DNA of 62,683 nt, filler included, from a bacterium (GTDB taxonomy: Bacteria; JACRDZ01; JAQUKH01), in NCBI GenBank assembly GCA_028719205.1. It is 3 parts of 3 records of this genome, joined end to end, with 100 filler letters (N's around TTAATTAATTAA, not from the genome) between each part and the next. Parts side by side here need not be neighbours in the genome. Positions count along the whole stretch, not along the records: positions 54,436 to 62,683 come from JAQUKH010000054.1; 2 more parts are not named here. One strand, given 5' to 3'. A model generated the notes under the pieces. It ran no database searches. It saw nothing but the letters and a program-made list of their open reading frames with translations, and was not told where the DNA came from. Below, in pieces: positions 59,427-62,683 of the stretch. Each line of letters opens with the position of its first letter. Position 1 is the first letter of the stretch. The position numbers were made by a program, and so were the translations under genes.

Positions 59427-60161
59427 ATGATGGAAAAAGAAAATTACCAGGTAAAACTTGACAATTTTGAGGGGCCGATGGACCTCCTTTTGCACTTGAT
59501 CAAAAGAGAGGAGATGGACATCTATGATATCCCGATAGCAAAAGTAACCAGGCAGTATCTAGAGTATATCGAGCTTCTGGAAATCCTTGACCTTTCTATA
59601 GCGTCTGAATTTATGCTGATGGCTGCCATTTTGATACAGGTAAAATCTAAGATGCTTTTGCCCATTGAGAGCGTAAATCTTGAAGAAGAGATCAGCGATG
59701 ACCCGCGCTCGGCTCTTGTGCAGAGTGTAATGGAGTATAAAAAGTTCAAAGAATTAGCCGTGGAATTAGGGAAGAATAGAGAGCATCAGGAAGAAGTTTT
59801 CACCAGGCTTGTGCCTGAAATAAGCCTGGAAGAGGAAAATCAATTTGTGGAGGCTACGCTTTTTGACCTTCTGTCAGCGTTTAAAGACGCGATAAAAAAT
59901 GTTGAAGAACAGACCTTTCATGAAATAACAGTAGAAGAATTCACTGTAGTAGATAAAGTAAGGGAAATAAAAAACCGGTTAAGCTCGGGTGAAGGATTTT
60001 ATTTTTCAGAAATTATGTTAACCTGCAGGACTAAGATCGAAGTTATTGTTACCTTCATTGCTATCCTTGAGTTAATAAAACAGCAGGAAATCCAGATCCG
60101 CCAGCATGGAATTTTTGGTGATATAAAAGTATTCCGTCTTGTGCTTCAAGGAGTTATATAA
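59427..60161 (+). CDS. scpA: Segregation and condensation protein A
   Basis: FEGPMDLLLHLI, KSKMLLP, VTFIAILELIK. Confidence 0.95.
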   Translation: MMEKENYQVKLDNFEGPMDLLLHLIKREEMDIYDIPIAKVTRQYLEYIELLEILDLSIASEFMLMAAILIQVKSKMLLPIESVNLEEEISDDPRSALVQSVMEYKKFKELAVELGKNREHQEEVFTRLVPEISLEEENQFVEATLFDLLSAFKDAIKNVEEQTFHEITVEEFTVVDKVREIKNRLSSGEGFYFSEIMLTCRTKIEVIVTFIAILELIKQQEIQIRQHGIFGDIKVFRLVLQGVI

Positions 60162-60162
60162 T

Positions 60163-60744
60163 ATGGACCCTAAAGAATTAAAAGCTATTATTGAATGCCT
60201 TCTTTTTGTATCACCCCAGCCTTTGGAACTAAAGAGACTGGAAGAGATCATTGGCGGAGGAGTAGATACGCATACTATCAGGGTCATGATAAATCAATTG
60301 CAGGAGGAGTATGGAAAAGAAGATAGGGGAATACAGATCGTGGAAATTGCCGGAGGTTACAGGATGAATACCCGCAGGGAGTATTCTCCATGGGTTAAAA
60401 GATTGTTTAATACAAAGCTCCATTTCCGTTTGTCGCGTTCCGCGTTAGAAACACTATCAATAATTGCCTACAAACAGCCGATAATGAGAGTTGAAGTTGA
60501 GGCGATCAGGGGAGTAAGTGTTGAATGGGCTTTGCATACATTACTGGAGAAAAATCTTATTAAAATTGTCGGCCGTTCTGAACAACCCGGCCGGCCGCTT
60601 CAATATGGGACTACAGACGATTTTATGGTTTATTTCGGTCTTAAGGACCTGACTGAGCTTCCGCAATTAAAAGAATTTAAGGATATTATTCAGACTGAGG
60701 ATATTTTAGCAGAACCAATTGAGCAGGCAAGTGAAGAGATGTAG
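60163..60744 (+). CDS. scpB: Segregation and condensation protein B (start taken at ATG 60163)
   Basis: LSRSALETLSIIAYKQPI, IRGV, GRPLQYGTT..F...FGL. Confidence 0.95.
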   Translation: MDPKELKAIIECLLFVSPQPLELKRLEEIIGGGVDTHTIRVMINQLQEEYGKEDRGIQIVEIAGGYRMNTRREYSPWVKRLFNTKLHFRLSRSALETLSIIAYKQPIMRVEVEAIRGVSVEWALHTLLEKNLIKIVGRSEQPGRPLQYGTTDDFMVYFGLKDLTELPQLKEFKDIIQTEDILAEPIEQASEEM

Positions 60745-60799
60745 TACATTACTGATTACACGAAATTTTTGCATCACAAAAATTCTTGAGGGAGAATAA

Positions 60800-62095
60800 A
60801 TGCATAGAAGAGTAGTAATAACAGGATTAGGTGTTATTTCACCCTGTGGTACGGGTAAGGAAGATTTTTGGAAAAATATCAAATCAGGGAAATCAGGAAT
60901 TGGAAAGATAACCCGTTTTGATACATCGGATTTTCCTACAAAAGTTGCGGGGGAGGTAAAAGATTTTGAGGCAAAATGGTATATGGATCCAAAGGCGGTA
61001 TTGAGAACAGACCTTGCGACTCATTATGCTGTTAACGCGGCTTGTATGGCAGCGGAAGACGCAGGGGTTTACCATAACGGAATAGACTCTGAAAGATTTG
61101 GTGTTTCGGTAGGAACGACATTAGGCGGTTTAATATTCGCGTTAGAACAGCATGGTATTCTATTGGAGAAGGGTGCGGCACGAATGAATCCTTTTACCGC
61201 GTCAGCAGCGTTTCCAAACGCGACCTCAAGCCAGATCTCCATACATTTAAAGGCTAAAGGCCCGAGTTATACCATATCCAATGCCTGCACATCCTCTTTC
61301 GACGCGATAGGTTTTGCCACATATTTGATCCGGAGCGGAATGATGGATGTTATGGTTGCTGGCGGGGCCGACGCGCCGTTATATCCAACCATTTTTAGCG
61401 CGTTTTGTCTTTCCCGTATTATGTCTCAAAGAACCGGCGGTACACCTAAACCTTTTGATATTAACAGAGACGGTATGATCTTGAGTGAAGGTGCGGGGAT
61501 GCTGATCCTGGAAGATCTGGGGCATGCAATTCATCGTAATGCGAAGATCTACGGAGAAATTCTCGGATACGCGTCAGCCTGTGACGCCTATCATATGGTG
61601 GCTTATGACCCGACAGGCAACGGGGCATTTCGCGCGGTAAAAGGCGCTTTGGCGGATGCGAAAATATTACCGGATGAAATAGAGTACATTCAGGCATATG
61701 CGAACGCGACTTTAGTCAATGATATAGCTGAAACAATAATCATTAAAAAGGTATTTGATGATTATGCTTATAAGATACCGATAACAAGCCTTAAATCGTT
61801 ATTTGGCCATGTCCAGAGCGCGTCGGGCGCGATAGAACTTATCGGATCCCTGGGTGCAATGGATGATGGCGTGATCCCGCCCACTATAAATTATGAAACT
61901 CCCGATCCTGATTGTAATCTCAATTATGTTTTTAATACTTCAAAGAAAACAAAATTCAGGCTTATGCTTGCCAATTGTTTTGGATTCGGAGGAAAGAACT
62001 CCGCGCTGGTTTTAAAGAAATTTGAAGACAGCGTTATTTACACTATTTTCTTTGAAATGCTGAAAATACTTACCCCTGTACTTCATAATACTTAA
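60800..62095 (+). CDS. FabF-like ketosynthase with altered first catalytic His motif
   Basis: RRVVITGLG, NACTSS, RDG..LSEGAG, KSLFGH, FGFGGKN; YIQAYANAT replaces YINAHGTST. Confidence 0.88.
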   Translation: MHRRVVITGLGVISPCGTGKEDFWKNIKSGKSGIGKITRFDTSDFPTKVAGEVKDFEAKWYMDPKAVLRTDLATHYAVNAACMAAEDAGVYHNGIDSERFGVSVGTTLGGLIFALEQHGILLEKGAARMNPFTASAAFPNATSSQISIHLKAKGPSYTISNACTSSFDAIGFATYLIRSGMMDVMVAGGADAPLYPTIFSAFCLSRIMSQRTGGTPKPFDINRDGMILSEGAGMLILEDLGHAIHRNAKIYGEILGYASACDAYHMVAYDPTGNGAFRAVKGALADAKILPDEIEYIQAYANATLVNDIAETIIIKKVFDDYAYKIPITSLKSLFGHVQSASGAIELIGSLGAMDDGVIPPTINYETPDPDCNLNYVFNTSKKTKFRLMLANCFGFGGKNSALVLKKFEDSVIYTIFFEMLKILTPVLHNT

Positions 62096-62118
62096 AAAAA
62101 TATTTGTATTGCCGATAA
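62093..62118 (+). promoter_or_regulatory. Sigma28-like promoter for the FadL-like gene
   Basis: TAAA-N14-GCCGATAA (perfect -10) about 30 nt before ATG 62151. Confidence 0.5.
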
Positions 62119-62150
62119 TTAATTTAATAACCATATAATGGGGGGGGTAA

Positions 62151-62683
62151 ATGAACAGGAAAATATTTTTATCAGTTGTTTTTCTTTTGGCTATCTTTGT
62201 TAATTCGATTTTTGCGGGTGGAATTGAGATCAGGGAAATCGGAGCAAAGGCAAGTTCAATGGGCGGTGCGTTCCGCGCGATAGCCGACGACGGCACTTCA
62301 GTATTTTGGAACCCTGCAGGATTAACTCAGATCAACGGTCAAAGCGTTACTGCTGAGGCTTCTTTCGTTCAAATGAAATCAAAGATCCGCCAGAATTATT
62401 ATGATTCCAATGTGATATCCGGATATAAAACTGTAAATGTTGAACAGAAAAAAGCATGGGAATTAGTGCCGACAATTGCCTATACAGGTGAGATAAATAA
62501 AGAACTGAAATACGGGCTTGGTGTTTATGTTCAGCATGGTTTAGGGGCTGAATTTGATTTTTTTTCTGATCCTGTAAATTATCCGGATTATCCTGAATTT
62601 GACTGGAAAAGCGCGGGTAATTTTATTTCCATTCATCCTGCCCTGGCTAAACAGATAAATGAACGTGTAAGTGTAGGTATTGG
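62151..62683 (+). CDS. FadL/TodX-family outer-membrane transporter, runs off the window end
   Basis: MNRKIFLSVVFLLAIFVNSIFA signal, GAKASSMGGAFRAIADDGTSVFWNPAGL; absent from ORF track (no stop in window). Confidence 0.85.
   Translation, partial: MNRKIFLSVVFLLAIFVNSIFAGGIEIREIGAKASSMGGAFRAIADDGTSVFWNPAGLTQINGQSVTAEASFVQMKSKIRQNYYDSNVISGYKTVNVEQKKAWELVPTIAYTGEINKELKYGLGVYVQHGLGAEFDFFSDPVNYPDYPEFDWKSAGNFISIHPALAKQINERVSVGI

Noticed and set aside
1-62683. CRISPR arrays, tRNA/rRNA genes, transposases, prophage
   Set aside because: No repeat-spacer periodicity, cloverleaf, rRNA-like tract or mobile-element ORF recognised

Overview
Low-GC bacterial DNA from a diderm (porin, Omp85-like and FadL-like genes), probably an anaerobe. 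It consists of three unrelated pieces joined by artificial 100-nt N spacers carrying TTAATTAATTAA (27951-28050, 54336-54435), so synteny across those joins is meaningless. Piece 1 (1-27950) has greA, a multi-PAS kinase and an ABC-F, then a ~15-kb minus-strand chemosensory locus. In transcription order it runs: multiheme c-type cytochrome lipoprotein, a porin with an internal CxxCH, an orphan periplasmic binding protein, MCP, ComFB, PilZ, cheR-cheW-cheY-cheD-cheB-cheA-cheC-cheC*, a GAF-PAS kinase with a degenerate GGDEF tail, a second CheR ending in a FliM/CheZ-like peptide, and an atypical receiver. PtsN-like, YoaK, PAS-GGDEF-EAL, PAS-only and ccdA genes follow. Piece 2 (28051-54335) has two-component and c-di-GMP genes, yqeY-ackA-xfp, a YbiT-like ABC-F, an ABC exporter with a secreted phosphatase, a core methionine synthase, an Nth-like gene, a TatD-radical SAM fusion and an O-antigen ligase-like gene. 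Piece 3 (54436-62683) has nadX, a DHH-CBS-nucleotidyltransferase, an M50 protease, trpS, scpAB, a non-canonical FabF and the start of a FadL-like gene. The best candidate for an undescribed system is the cytochrome/heme-porin/binding-protein/MCP module feeding a c-di-GMP-rich Che pathway. Also notable are sigma28-type promoters, two leader-ORF/terminator arrangements, and palindromic elements sitting in-frame inside ackA and tatD. No rRNA, tRNA, CRISPR or transposase was recognised. All assignments come from motif recognition by eye; no searches were run.
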